Of a stretch of 64,000 nt of DNA, positions 1-13,273 are shown piece after piece (position 1 is the first letter of the stretch; every line of letters begins with the position of its first letter). Source of the DNA: Eledone cirrhosa (taxonomy: Eukaryota). Where the stretch lies: the NCBI GenBank assembly GCA_964016885.1, contig OZ024742.1, positions 74,090,001-74,154,000 of the forward strand, in the 5' to 3' direction. The translations under genes and the position numbers were made by a program. A model generated the notes under the pieces. It saw nothing but the letters and a program-made list of their open reading frames with translations. It searched no databases and had not been told where the DNA came from.

Positions 1-299
1 CTCCCTGAGAATTAAGTTAAGAATACATCTATCTGTGGAATGCTCGGCCACTTACACCTTAATTTCATAAGCTGGCTATTTCGTTTATTAAACCACTGGA
101 ACACTGTTCGTCGGAACCGATTCAGTTCGATGTTGATCATATTATAATCCAATTGTTCCAGGTTCAATAAGTCGTCAGAAAATCAGAAAGCAAACCAGAG
201 TTTTTAGGATGAATAACGATTTCTCTCCTTTCATGGAAACCATGTCTTGAGTGTGAGGAGAGAGTTGGAGGGAGATAAGTCATCAAATGAGACAGAGGG

Positions 300-655
300 G
301 GGAGAGGAAAGAGGGAAATAAGACATGAGTGAGAGGCAGAGAGGGGGAAGTAAGACATAGAATGAGAGAGGAGAGGCAGAGAGAATGAAGTAAAACATAG
401 AATAAGGGAGAGAGAGGGAGAAACAGAGAGAAGGAAGGAAAATATAGAATGTGAGAGAGAGGGACAAACAGAGAGAGTGATATAAAATATAGAATGAGGA
501 AGAGAGGGAGAGAGAGTGAAGTAAAATATAGAATGAGGGAGAGAGGGAGAAGGAAGTAAAACATAGAATGAGGGGGAGGGAGAAACAGGGAGAAGGAAGT
601 AAAATATAGATTGCGAGGGTTGGAGGGGGATAAGTATGACATAGAATGATTGAGA
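300..655. repeat. Purine-rich degenerate minisatellite (~40 bp unit)
   Basis: Recurring gaagtaaaa(c/t)atagaatgag(ga)n unit about 8 times. Confidence 0.75.
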
Positions 656-884
656 GAGAACTACTATAAAACGTCTAAGTTTTCTACATGAGTGAACCAG
701 TAAAATCGATAGTTAAACCCCCACTTCCATCCTACGCCCTTTACTTCAGTCATCATCGAGATCAAAGTCAATCTATAGGGATTAAATAAACTAACACTTT
801 CCTACATAAATCTATGTCATACGATCACTTCTTTCATTTTCTTTTTAATAATCGTTTCAGATTGACCAGTTTCAAAACCTTTCA

Positions 885-1805
885 GTTGTGTATATATATG
901 TATATAAGTGTGAGATGGTGTGTGAGTGTGTGTCACAGAATGTGTGTATGTGTGATGGTGTGTGAGTGAGTGTCGCGGGATGTATGTATGCCGTGGTGTG
1001 AGTGTCACGGGATGTGTGTATGTGTGATGGTGCGTGAGTGTCTGTCACGGGATGTGTGTATGTGTGATGGAGTGTCAGTGTATCAGTCACATGATGTGTG
1101 ACAGAGTGTGAGTGTCATGGGATGTGTGTATGTGTGATGGAGTGTGTGTCAGTCACATGATGTGTGACAGAGTGTGAGTGTCATGGGGTGTGTATGTGTG
1201 ATGGAGTGTGAGTGCGTCAGTCACGGGATGTGTGTATGTGTAATGGAATGTGTGTGTGTCTGTCACATGGTGTGTATGTGTGATAGAGTGTCAGTGTGTC
1301 AGTCACATGATGTGTGACGGAGTGTGAGTGTGTCTGTCACAGGATGTGACACAGTGTGAGTGTATCACAGGATGTTTGTGTGATTGAGTGTCAGTGTGAG
1401 TGTATCACAGGATGTTTGTGTGATGGAGTGTCAGTGTGAGTGTGTCACAGGATGTTTGTGTGATGGAGTGTCAGTGTGAGTGTGTCACAGGATGTTTGTG
1501 TGATGGAGTGTCAGTGTGAGTGTGTCACAGGATGTTTGTGTGATGGAGTGTCAGTGTGAGTGTGTCACAGGATGTTTGTGTGATGGAGTGTCAGTGTGAG
1601 TGTGTCACAGGATGTGTTATGTATGACGGAGTGTCAGTGTGTTACAGAATGTGTGTCTGTCACAGGATGTGTGTGTGTGTATGTATGACAAAGTGTGAGT
1701 GTGTCTGTCACAGGATGTGTATGTGTGAGTGTGTGTCACAGGATGTGTGTATGTGTGTTATTGCATGTGATAGTATAAGTATTTATGGTGTGTATGTGTG
1801 TGTAT
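885..1805. repeat. GT-rich minisatellite with 40-bp core unit
   Basis: tgatggagtgtcagtgtgagtgtgtcacaggatgtttgtg repeated near-exactly at 1381-1615, degenerate on both sides. Confidence 0.9.
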
Positions 1806-2349
1806 TGAGGGGGTGAGGGGGTTGAAACAGGCCATGTATCTGTTATGGAGACACACAAGCGAGGAGGAAGAGGGAGATAATTCAAGACTCTAAATATTAC
1901 AGTCGAAAGTTTATTGGAATTAAAATGTGCTTTTCTGGCTGAGCTGTTTACTTCACGCTATTTCTGTTTTGTTCAAAGTTATTGATTTTATTTCTCTACA
2001 AGAAGCTTGTTTATTTGTTTATTTATATATTTATTCAGTCTCTGAAATAATTTATTTGGTTGTGAAAGATCAGGACTCTCAGCATTGTAGTAGTAGATTC
2101 ATCAAGGTAATACTTTCAGAGCTTAATTGTATCTTTTTCCTTATGTGTTGATCTCTATATTGGCAAATAACCAACCAACAATGGAACCACTACCTGACAT
2201 TCGATCATTCAATTTACCATGATCAATCAGCCCTCTGAAACGATTGTAAAACAATAAAATACTCTTAACAACCTATATCTGACTTTTGTTTTATTTTCAT
2301 TGTTCAAAATACACATTTTTTATTTAGAGAGCTACTTCCATTGTTGACC

Positions 2350-2822
2350 ATAAAAGGGTGACTGTATGACGCCTGTGTGCAAAGTGCAAAGCTGTATGGT
2401 AGTGAAACATGGCCAATGACTGCAGAGGACATGCATAAACTGGAGAGAAATAAAGCAGCCATATTCTGTTGGATGTGCATTGTAAGTGTGAGAGAAAGGC
2501 AGAGCTTGGATGAGTTCATGTAGAAGTTAAATTTTAGAGGAATCTGAGGTGGTATGCAGGAGAGAATACTGCATTGATATGGACATGTGTTGCGCATGGA
2601 CAATGATCACTGGGTGAAGAAGTGCCAGGAAATGCAAGTGGAGGGAAATCACAGTAGAGGTAGACCAAGAAAGATCTGGAAAGAAGTTGAGAGAGTTGAA
2701 CTCAAATGACAGACTCACAAAGGATATGAGAAAGGAATGCGACGAGTAAAGAGATGCCATGTTGAGAAGGACTCATCCAATCCATGAATGCATGGAAAAA
2801 CGGACATAAATACGATGATGAT
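2350..2822 (+). mobile_element. RTE-type LINE 3' fragment (decayed)
   Basis: Translates to LYDAC..LYGSETWPMT, GHVLRMD and RGRPRK motifs with stops; ends in catggaaaaacggac..(gat)n tail. Confidence 0.8.
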
Positions 2823-3189
2823 TATATATATATATTATATATTTTAAAGGATCGATCAACTTTCGTCAAATCGGACCGAGGAAGCAATGTTTCCGTCGGT
2901 CTTTCCAGTTGCTAGTACTATCTATCGGTCGCAACTCCAGGTAACGCATCGCCCGGTCCACGAATCGAACTCACAACCTCAAGATTGTGAATCCAATTCT
3001 CTAACCCCTCAGCCACACGCCATATTATATATATATATATATATAAACTGAGTTCAATTCTCAGATCGGGTGATGTGTTGTTTCCTTGAGCAAGACACTT
3101 TATTTCACATTGCTCCAGTTTACTCAGCTGTAGAAATGAGATGATAGGGACCCCAGTCCCTATCATTCCACTGCAAAGTGGTCGTGGAG

Positions 3190-3374
3190 GTGCCACGGCA
3201 AAAAAAGCACCCAGTCACACTGTAAAGTGGTCGTGTAGGCGCCACGGCAAAAACGCACCCAGCACTCACTGTAAATGAGGTTGGTGTTAGGAAGGGCATC
3301 CAGCTGTAGAAATCAAGCCAGAATCAGTTCCCGTCCCATCCTTGCAAGCAGGGAAAAAGCGGACGTAAAATGAA

Positions 3375-3404
<30 letters not shown>
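3190..3404 (+). mobile_element. SINE fragment with RTE-like tail
   Basis: aaaagcacccag..ctgtaaagtgg..ttaggaagggcatccagctgtagaaa, ending in ggacgtaaa..(gat)n like the RTE tail at ~2800. Confidence 0.6.
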
Positions 3405-3406
<2 letters not shown>

Positions 3407-3628
3407 ACATGAAGGACAAGTCAACAGGCTATAATTAACTTTATTCATAATCACTGTTATATATATTTTAGCGATAACTGTTATGCAACAGCTATGACCT
3501 CATCAGACAGCTAGAATTTAAACCGATAAACAAAAAGATGAAATAAAGCTTACTTCTGTTGTTTCGATCCATTGATATGTTCCGGGCTGAAATTTGGTGT
3601 TGCTTTCTCAAAGCTCCGGTAGCATATA

Positions 3629-4007
3629 TACGAGGGCAATCCCAAAAGTAAGGTCTCCTTCCGATATTGCAACTTTTCCATTAAAATCATGTGGATGGTG
3701 CTTCGGGAAACCTCAGGAACCAAAATGCAGAGAGCATCCAGAGTGATCCGCCGATCTTTACGCATGTTTTCCTCGGAAGGAGACCTTACTTTTGGGATTG
3801 CCCTCGTATATAATAACTGCGCAAAATTCGCACTTGGCGGTAGCGTTCAACGGGAGCTCCATTCTCAACGGCTGCCAAGCCAAGATTGCGCATGCTTGTT
3901 TGGGAGTGAAGGAAGCACCAATCACAACAGTGTTGCCAACAGCCGTACGAACAGTTTCTCTGCATCCCCATCGCTTTGGAGACCTTACTTTTGGGATTAC
4001 CATCGTA
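3629..4007 (-). mobile_element. Rearranged mariner remnant with three TIR copies
   Basis: TA-cgagggcaatcccaaaagtaaggtctcc at 3629-3658, inverted copies at 3779-3808 and 3978-4007; transposase pieces MELPLNATAKCEFCAVI and RKDRRITLDAL..VSRSTIHMILMEKLQYRK. Confidence 0.8.
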
Positions 4008-5551
4008 TATACTGTATATACTCAAATATAAGCTGACCCCTATTTTATATCTGAGAAATGTGCAAAAATTCAAACCTCATTTATAAGCGGAGGCAGCTAA
4101 TCAACACATGTTTAGAGAGTGTGGTTTTGAAATTCTCATGAGTATAAAATATATTTAGGAAGTTTTAATATTTTGATGTTTAAAATGTTTTAAGTGTCGT
4201 TTAGAATATAGTTTTTGTTTCACAACTCCATTACATAATGCTTTTTTTTGCCATTTCATCCATTTTATAAATTTCAATAAGTTTCTTGAATTTTTGTTTA
4301 CCTCTGGCTACTTTCATGCTGGGAGAAGTTGAAAGCAAAAGATTGAATAAGAGTAGAAGAGGGGGGCGGGAGACAGCAAGTGAGAGAGAGGGGAGGCAGA
4401 GCAGAAAAAAAGAGAGGGCGAGGGGAGAGAGAGTGAGAGCAATAAAACACAAGTCAGAAGTAAAATTGAAAGAAAAAGTATTATCAAGTCAAAGAAAGAC
4501 CATCAGCATACATGTATGTATGTGTGCCTGTGTGGATGCATGTATATGTATGGGATATTTATGTATTAAAAAGTTCAATTATAAAAATTTGTTGGAAATA
4601 TTTTCAAGGGAATGCATAAATAACATCAACAATGATGTAGTAAATGTAAAAAAAACAGTGTTTCATTGGTAGGCAAAGTGTTTGAAAAAGTTATATCTGT
4701 ATAAATACAGAGTATGTAACTCAGACGACACCAACCACAAGTAAACACCTATATTAGATATTGTATATATTTATACATATTGGTACAGTCTTAGTTACAC
4801 TCTGTATTTATACAGCTATAACTTTATCATATATATATAAGAGACTATCTTGTCCACTGCATCTTTATTTTTTTAATTTAAGATTCTAGGGTGTAGTTTG
4901 AAGGAGATTTGCCTGTTGTTTCTATCTTGTTAAGCAACTGATATAAATTTATCATACACTTCGGTTACTAGCACACTTCTTAATATGTATCTTAATTAAT
5001 TACCAATACAAGCACTAATTATATGTAAAATAGTATGGCCATTTCAGAATAATACTAAGAGTGAATGGGTATATATACCCATCAAAATACATGTTTCCTT
5101 GTGGTTGAAAGATGATATACATGTCTTTTGATGAGGGTCCAATAAAATCCAAAAATCGATTAACAATGTTTATCACTTTTTTTAATTTACAGGGAAATTC
5201 GTATTTTCTGGCATGTTTACATGCCTATATATTTGATATGTTGGTGCAGTCTGTTTCACACTCTATATTTATACAGATATAACTTTATCATATATATATA
5301 TATATATAAAATATATATTCTTCAGTCTGGCTAACTTTCTTTTGCAATATAAATACAGATATGTTGGTATCTGTTTCATCATATATATTACTCATATATA
5401 TTACTTTTATACACGGCTCAGGAATATTTCCTTTCGAGCTAATTCCATTGTAAAAGAATTCCTTACACTTAATATATATATATATATATATATATATAAG
5501 AGACTATCTTGTCCACTGCATCTTTATTTTTTTTAATTTAAGACTCTAGGG

Positions 5552-5884
5552 CAGCATTTCTCAACCTTTTTACCCTTGTGGAACCCTTGAAATAGGTTCA
5601 TGTCTCAGGGAACCCCTACATAAAAATTATTATATACCATTATTAATATCTATCTCTTATATTGACCTAGTTTTAAATAATATAAGAAGTTGAAGCCTTT
5701 CTTAAAATAAACAAGGATTTTCCGACAATATGCCGTAAATGCATAGTAAAATTACGAATATAAAATTAAACAAGAATTAACTTTTAAGAAATACATTAGT
5801 TTATTTATCACTGGTTCTCATGGAACCCCTAGCGACCTCTTGCGGAATCCTAGGGTTCCGGGGAACACCGGTTGAGAAACGCTG
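5552..5884. mobile_element. hAT (Charlie-like) MITE with 8-bp TSD
   Basis: TIRs cagcatttctcaacc / ggttgagaaacgctg; TSD ctctaggg at 5544-5551 and 5885-5892; empty-site copy near 4884-4895. Confidence 0.92.
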
Positions 5885-7115
5885 CTCTAGGGTGTAGTTT
5901 GAAGGAGATTTGGCTGTTGTTTCTATCTTGTTAAGCAACTGCATAGAGAGGCTCAAAACCTGTGTATCTTGGCTCCAGATTAGTTCATTTCAGAAGACTT
6001 GGTCAGCTCTTTAGCTTCAATGATAATCAACCATTGCTATTTCTACCAGGTTAAGCAGTGGATGCACTGTTCCTCTCCTTGTGTGGTAGAGCAACAGAGT
6101 GCATAAATTACATTTCAGTGCCTTTGGCAAAGTCCATTCTGTTGCAAGCATTGGAGGGAGGTTTCTTCCTTTCTCATCAGTCATGGAAGCTTTATAAAAA
6201 GGGTCACGGGTGTAGTCTTTACTCCCTTGATTAGACCATAACAAACAAACAAAAATTAAAAAATTAAAAAAGATAAAATGTTATGAAAAACATCTAATAA
6301 TTCCTGCAGAAATCTGAAGAAAACTTGAATGTGGAAGATTAAACAGTTGGAAACTGATATTTATAATCCAATATCTACCAACCACTGGAAACTTTTCACA
6401 ATAACATCATTATCATTATTACTACCACCACCACTACCACCATCATCATCATCATTATTGTCTTAATGTCTGCTTTTTTCATACTGGCATAGGTTGAGGG
6501 ACTGTTTCATGGCCAGATACTTTTCTTGGTGCCAACCACTTTAGTCAGCCCTTAAACACACTTACCTGTTCTAAAACACACCTCTTACAACACACAGGTA
6601 TATGATTTACTTGTTCTAAAACACACCTCATAGCATACAGGTATATGATTTACCTGTTCTAAAACCTGAGATGCACACATTAACAGAAACAAACAAAAAT
6701 TAATTTGAAATTATTTTAAAACCTTATAAGTTAAAACCACCAAAATACTCAGATATGCTTTTATTGTTAGCATTATAATTCAATGGTCCAGGTTTGATAA
6801 GTTTTGGTTCCTTGGAATAACAATAGGCATGGCTGAGGGGTTAAGAAGTTCACTTTACAATTATGATGTTCTGCATAGCATCTTGGGCAAATGAATTTTA
6901 GCATAGCCTTTCAATCAAACTCTTCCAGACACTTTCATAATTTGGTCCATCAGTTTTAGGTTGGCCTCTTCTAGAACACCAATTTTTCCTTTCTAACAAA
7001 TTCTGTGAGTAAACCTAGGTAGAGAAAAACTGTGTAAAAGCCTTTCAGGTAGTTTGAATTTGTAATTCAAAGGTCTAGCCTTGTTACATAGTACTTCTAC
7101 TATAATCTAACATAA

Positions 7116-7298
7116 TTGTTTCTACTTTTGGCACAAGGCCAGCAATTATCCCAGTGTATTACTGGTACTTTATTTTATCGACCCCCGTAAGGATGAAAGG
7201 CAAAGTTAACCTCGGCGGGATTTGAACTCAGACCATAAAGGGCCGTAACTCTTTGCTGAAAAGCATGGCGTCCGTCCCTCTACCGATACTGCCAATCC
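7116..7298 (-). mobile_element. tRNA-derived SINE, family A
   Basis: Reverse complement of the 22914-23130 element (gagttcaaatccc B-box, gcctttcatcc..gtcgataaaataaagtaccag core). Confidence 0.85.
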
Positions 7299-8509
7299 AA
7301 ACATAATGATGTTACTCCTTATAATATAGCTTAGTATCATAAAACTAGGGGTGTTTTAGTAACAAATGGGTTAAGGGCACATGTGACTGTACAATACTTA
7401 TTCACTTATGTGTTAATTTAATGAGAAGAACATTTAGTTAATTGAACAACTAAATTGTTAAAATAATAATAAACTATGATAGAAATCAAGAATGAATTTA
7501 ATGAGTAAAATAGTTTTAGTAATTAACATAAGAAAAGGAAATTATTTCTGAGATCCTCTTATAGTATCTTGAAGATTTTTTTCATTCAGGGAGTTCTAAA
7601 GATAAACCATAGGAAAGTGGAAGCTCAAGTCGGACCACTGGACCTACAACACTCAACCATGACAAGATATAATTCCTGAAAAATAAATAAATAAATGTTA
7701 ATGTTCATATTAACAATACTTTTAACCCTTTTAATACCAAACTACCTAAAACCACCCATGGTTCTAATATCATATCTTTGATCTGTAACTCCTACCTAAT
7801 GGAATTATGGCGTTTCTTGGGCATTGTTTAAGCCTGACAGAGCCCATCTCCTCTCCAGGTCTGAATACAACAGATTTCTTCCAGAAAAGGCCATAGAGAG
7901 TGAGAGAGAAGTGAGAAAGAGATATAGAAAGGGAATTGACCCCAGTATTAGACTGGTACATTTTTTATCGCCCTTGAAAGGATTAAAGGCAAAGTTGACC
8001 TCGGTGGGATTTGAACTCAGAGATTAGAAAGTCAGAATAAACATTGCAAAGCATTCTATCTGACTTGCTAATGACTGTGGTTCTTTTGCACAAAATCTAT
8101 TTATTGCAAAGTGTTTATATTTATCTAATAACCTGCCATCATAATTTAATGTAAGAACTTTTATTCAGTTATGTTCCAAATACCAGCTTAATAATAAAAG
8201 AATTAGTTTTATTACTAAATCACTCCAATGTTTTTTTAATATTTTCCAAATTATTTAAAAATCATAAGCAGTGTCTTTCGTATGGTAATGAAAAGGTGTA
8301 CACTTTTGTCACTGTATTTCCAATGAAATACAGTGTATTTGTATAAATTAATGAAGAATTGAGGAATTTACTAAAATATCACACATTTGGTATGACATGG
8401 AATCAAATTTATTGTCAGGATACTCTACATAATACTAAACTTTTGGCATGCCATAGCATCAAACGTATTGATGTTCTTCTCTACAACCTCTCATTTGAAT
8501 TCTTTGTTG

Positions 8510-8640
8510 TACACACAGACCATCCCAACTTTTCTCTAATTCAGACACAAACTATCCCAACTTTCCTCTAATTCAGACACAAACCATCTCAACTTTCCTC
8601 TAATTCAGACACAGACCATTCCAACTTTTCTCTGATTCAT
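8510..8640. repeat. ~32-bp tandem repeat, 4 copies
   Basis: cagacacaaaccatcccaactttcctctaatt-like unit. Confidence 0.8.
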
Positions 8641-8691
8641 CTGAATTTTTCACCTCTTGAGAAGCTAATTCAGTATTTCATACATTCTGCT

Positions 8692-8725
<34 letters not shown>

Positions 8726-9981
8726 GGGGGGGGGGGTTAGTATTAACCCTTCAGACTCCAAATCACTTGAAGCTACCTCTAGTTCTAAAATTCAAAGTGT
8801 TCATACTAAAATTCAAACATTCCATCATAACTTTATGAAAAGAAGTTTTTATTAAGTTATATTTCAAACACTCCCTTAAAAATGAAATAGTTAATTATTT
8901 TACGATAGTTAATTATTTTACGAAATCTTTAAAAATCCTTGGTTATTTTCAAAATTTAAACTTTCTGTCATAATGATATGTAAAAAAAACATTCATTCAA
9001 TTATGTTTCAAACTTCACCTAAAAAATGAAAAAAGTTAATTATTTTCAAATCATAGAAACTTTGCAATCTTACTTCCTCCCTCTCTCCTCTAAGATACAG
9101 TAATGGATCAGTGAAAGGAAATTCTAATTGATGAAAGTAAAACACAAATGTGTTTTATTCAGCAGCACCAATTCAATTCAGTGGACCAAATATAGTTTTA
9201 TTCTTCTACTAAATTACTACGTTGTCACTGAATTGTCATGGAGAAAAATATGATTTTACTCGTTGATGGTTTAGCAGAAAATATTTAAAAATAAGTTTAT
9301 TAATTCAAATGTTTCTAATATCTTTCTTAATGGACAGATCATTGTGAAAATTTGCAGTAGTAGATGTTATATGTCATTGTGCTGCTTTGTACTTTTCATG
9401 AATGTCTTGCTAATGTGGTTTCATGCTGTACAGGGTGTGTGGTTTGGTTTCATAGAACCACAGCTATTTTTGGTTAAATTGGTATCAAAAGGGTTAATAT
9501 AGTTGGCAAATTGGCAGAGTTTATAGATCATCGGGTAGAATGCCTTACAGAGTTCATTCTGGCTGTCTTTACTCTAAGTTCAAATTCTGCTTTGTCTTTT
9601 AGGATTGATAAATATAGCACCAGTCCATTATTGGGTTTGATTCTAAGAGAAATCTATGTTCAGACATGGAGGGGAATGAGTGCTAACAAGTTTAGATGCT
9701 GAAGATATGCCATTTGTCATGATAGCATCCATATGACTTGATCAGGAATTGAGGGCCTAAGGCAAGTATTTAGAATTTTGTCTCAGTGCTAGAAATAGCT
9801 GCACAGTTTTCTCAGAGACTTTCTGAAATTAGAATATTTCTGTATTTTCAGCTCTGTTGGTTTGGCCTGTGAATTCATTCAATCCAATGATGATGATGAT
9901 GATGGTGCAAATAGAACAGCACATGCTATTTTATCTTTTTGAAATATTTACATCTGAAGATTTATATCAGCTTCTTATTTG

Positions 9982-10230
9982 TTAACCCCTATGATAGCAA
10001 CCTACTTAAAATAGCCCCTGGTTCTATTATACTGCCCATTTTAAAGTGTTCAGACTTATATAAAACCTTCCACCAAAATTTTATGTAAGAAATTTTGCTG
10101 AGCTATAAACCAAATAACAGTTTAGTAAAAGTTATTTTACTAAATTCTAACAAATTTGGGATTATTTTCGAAATGAATTGAAACACATTGGGGGTATTTT
10201 TCATTAGAAATATGGTGATAAAAGGGTTAT
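9982..10230. mobile_element. piggyBac-like MITE (degenerate)
   Basis: ttaacccc..gata start and taaaagggtta end; related ends near 7722, 9496, 19125 and 27940. Confidence 0.5.
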
Positions 10231-11587
10231 TATACTCACTTTTTACTTTGAAGTTCAATATTCTTCATCAAATCTGCTGTGTGGCAGGGATGAAGGTAGA
10301 AATATGGTCGGTGAAGAATAGGGTGTTCCTAACAAACATAAATATACCAATATTGATGTTTCTATTGAAGATTGTAATTAACTAAATATAATTTAGATGT
10401 GTACATGTGTTAACAATAATTAGCCGAACATCAGTCAACACTTAATGGTGAAATGTGCAGTCAACTGCTAATGAACTGCACTGTGAATGCAATGACTAGA
10501 TGTATTGTAACTTTTTATCTCTTAAACTGTATATAATGAAGGATGAAGTAAATTTAATTGATATGTAAACCTAATGTCAATCTAATATAAGGCTAATGAT
10601 GAGTTTTATAATTGAAGATGAATACAAAAAGCTAAAATATATGTTGTGGTGAGGGGGGATAGAGTGTGTGGTGTTGAGGTATATTATCTCTTAAAATCTT
10701 GTAATGATTTAGAAAAATATATATATTTAAAAAATGGGTTTGTTTATTCAAATATTTATATCACAGTACTGTCTTATGCTTTTCTAGGTGTCTTGCTAAT
10801 GTGGTTTCATGCATTACAGACATTAAGAGTTAAAGTATTACTACAATAAATAAAAAAAATAAAACTAGTAGAAATGGAATCAATGAGGTGAAAGATCTTC
10901 TAAAGTATTCCATTATAGAGTTAGAGGTAACATTTCCAAACCCATGCAAGCGTGGAAGATGGACGTTAAACGATGATTATGATGATGATGATGATGATTA
11001 CCTGTTGTGTTACAAAAGTCCACCGCTCTGCTAAGAATCTTTCTTTATAGTGGAACGGAATTAAAGACCAAACATCATCCAAACTCAGAAGACTGCCATC
11101 TGTAAGAAATTGAAAATCATTATTCTTTTCGTGGTTTCATTCATTGGGCTACAGCCATACAGGTCACTGGCTTGAATGGTTTTACCAAATAATATCAACC
11201 TTTGTACATGTATGGAACTTAATTTATTGATCACTATTTTGTCAACTCATTAAGTTACATTTTCATATAAAGGATCACAGCTCAACATACCAATTTTTAC
11301 AGGTAAATCTAAACACACACACATGGAACAAACTACTTGCATCAGTTGTTAACTGTTGAGACACTGCATCCTTCAAAACTTCCATGTTATCTGAAATTTG
11401 CCAACACTACACCTGATATTCCCCCTCCATACATAAGCATGCATGTATCTATCTGTATATCATGACTCATACACTGTTCACTTTCCTGACATTTTTACAT
11501 TATTCTATGTACTATAAAGGCACCTTTGATGAGTTGTAGTGCACCTGAACACTGTACACAATAATTCTCATTATTATTATTTATACT

Positions 11588-11623
<36 letters not shown>

Positions 11624-12006
11624 CAGTCTGAAGAGGCACCATCAAATCTTAGGATACTTTGTGGAAATCACAAGGTTAACAGTAAAAGAATCATAACATG
11701 GTGTTTGTGTGTAGATGAATTGTATAAAAGTTGGACAGATTAACTGTATGGCATGTAATGTGGAAGCAAGAAAGATATGCTGAAGAGGTGAGTAAAAAAT
11801 TTAGAGAGAGTAATAGATAATCATAGTAAGCTATCATAGTCAAGTGACATAGCCAGGAGTGACTGAGTTAACCACAGCCAACTCTGCTGGTATCAGAAAT
11901 CTTTTATAGGCACAACCAATCACCAACTACGTTTAGTAATTTTGGGGTTATTTTTGTGCTAAAATTAGTTGTTTAAGATGCCAATATGAAAATAGTCATA
12001 GTTTCA

Positions 12007-12206
12007 NNNNNNNNNNNNNNNNNNNNNNNNNNNNNNNNNNNNNNNNNNNNNNNNNNNNNNNNNNNNNNNNNNNNNNNNNNNNNNNNNNNNNNNNNNNNNN
12101 NNNNNNNNNNNNNNNNNNNNNNNNNNNNNNNNNNNNNNNNNNNNNNNNNNNNNNNNNNNNNNNNNNNNNNNNNNNNNNNNNNNNNNNNNNNNNNNNNNNN
12201 NNNNNN
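12007..12206. other. Assembly gap (200 N)
   Basis: Run of n. Confidence 1.
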
Positions 12207-12318
12207 GAAGGGCTTAAGCCCGATACGTCGAACTTTCTTTCCTCTTTCCAATATAAAGCGTGAAACTAATAAGACATTTTGTATCTCTGTTTGTCGTCTC
12301 CTTGAACTATATATATAT

Positions 12319-12901
12319 TGACGGACGCCTTATCTTCTGTTCAAATTTTATTCATATGTATCCCATTCGCAACAACGCAGCACGCCATTTTTCTTTTATA
12401 TTTTTCCCTCCGCTGTGACCTGTCTATTTCTTTCTTACTGCTATCACCTTCATTTCACCCCCTCTGCCAGCCACTCTCTCTCAGCTGGCCTCTTCCTCAC
12501 ACTTTCACTCACTCACTCTCTGCTACTCCCCTCTCTCACTTCCTCCCGTCTGACCTGTGTGGATTCTGCTTCTGGCTTACATCTCACATGGCTCGGACGC
12601 GTCTATGTCTTTCGTCCGTGATTTGATCGAACTTAAGTTCACAGATATCACGGACTTGTTTCTCCTCTTCCTCTCTTTCCGTTGCATTACCATCTCTGTT
12701 TGTTTACATGTCTCGCTCGCTTCACCCTATTCTACGTGTCCCAATAACTTTTCTTAGTTATTGCTCGCACCAGCCAGAGGTATATGATCTTTAATGCGGT
12801 GATATACAAACGACGGCTGGAAGATCACTGATGACGGACGCCTTATCTTCTGTTCGAATGTTATTCATATGTATCCCATTTGCCACAACGCAGCACGCCA
12901 T
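12319..12901 (+). mobile_element. Non-coding ~513-bp monomer with ~70-bp terminal redundancy (pLTR/retrozyme-like), degenerate HHR core
   Basis: tgacggacgccttatcttctgttc..gcagcacgccatt at both 12319 and 12832; ctgatga near 12828; homologous to 33413-34132. Confidence 0.7.
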
Positions 12902-13139
12902 TATTCAAAATATTAATAAATGAATACATTCACATAATAAAAATATATGTTTTATTATATATATTGCTGTTTTTTCAGTACGTCCTCATCAGATAAAATA
13001 CATAAATTGATGTATGACATACCTCAACTGTGCTGATGGTTCAATTCCAGTCTTGGCAGAAAACTTCTTTGTTGAGTGCTTTTAATCTATTGTAAAACTA
13101 TATTCATTGAATAATCAATGAACTTTGTTTAACATTTGG

Positions 13140-13273
<134 letters not shown>

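Noticed and set aside
1381-1620. Regular 40-bp repeats as a CRISPR array
   Set aside because: Head-to-tail units with no unique spacers, no cas genes and a eukaryotic context.
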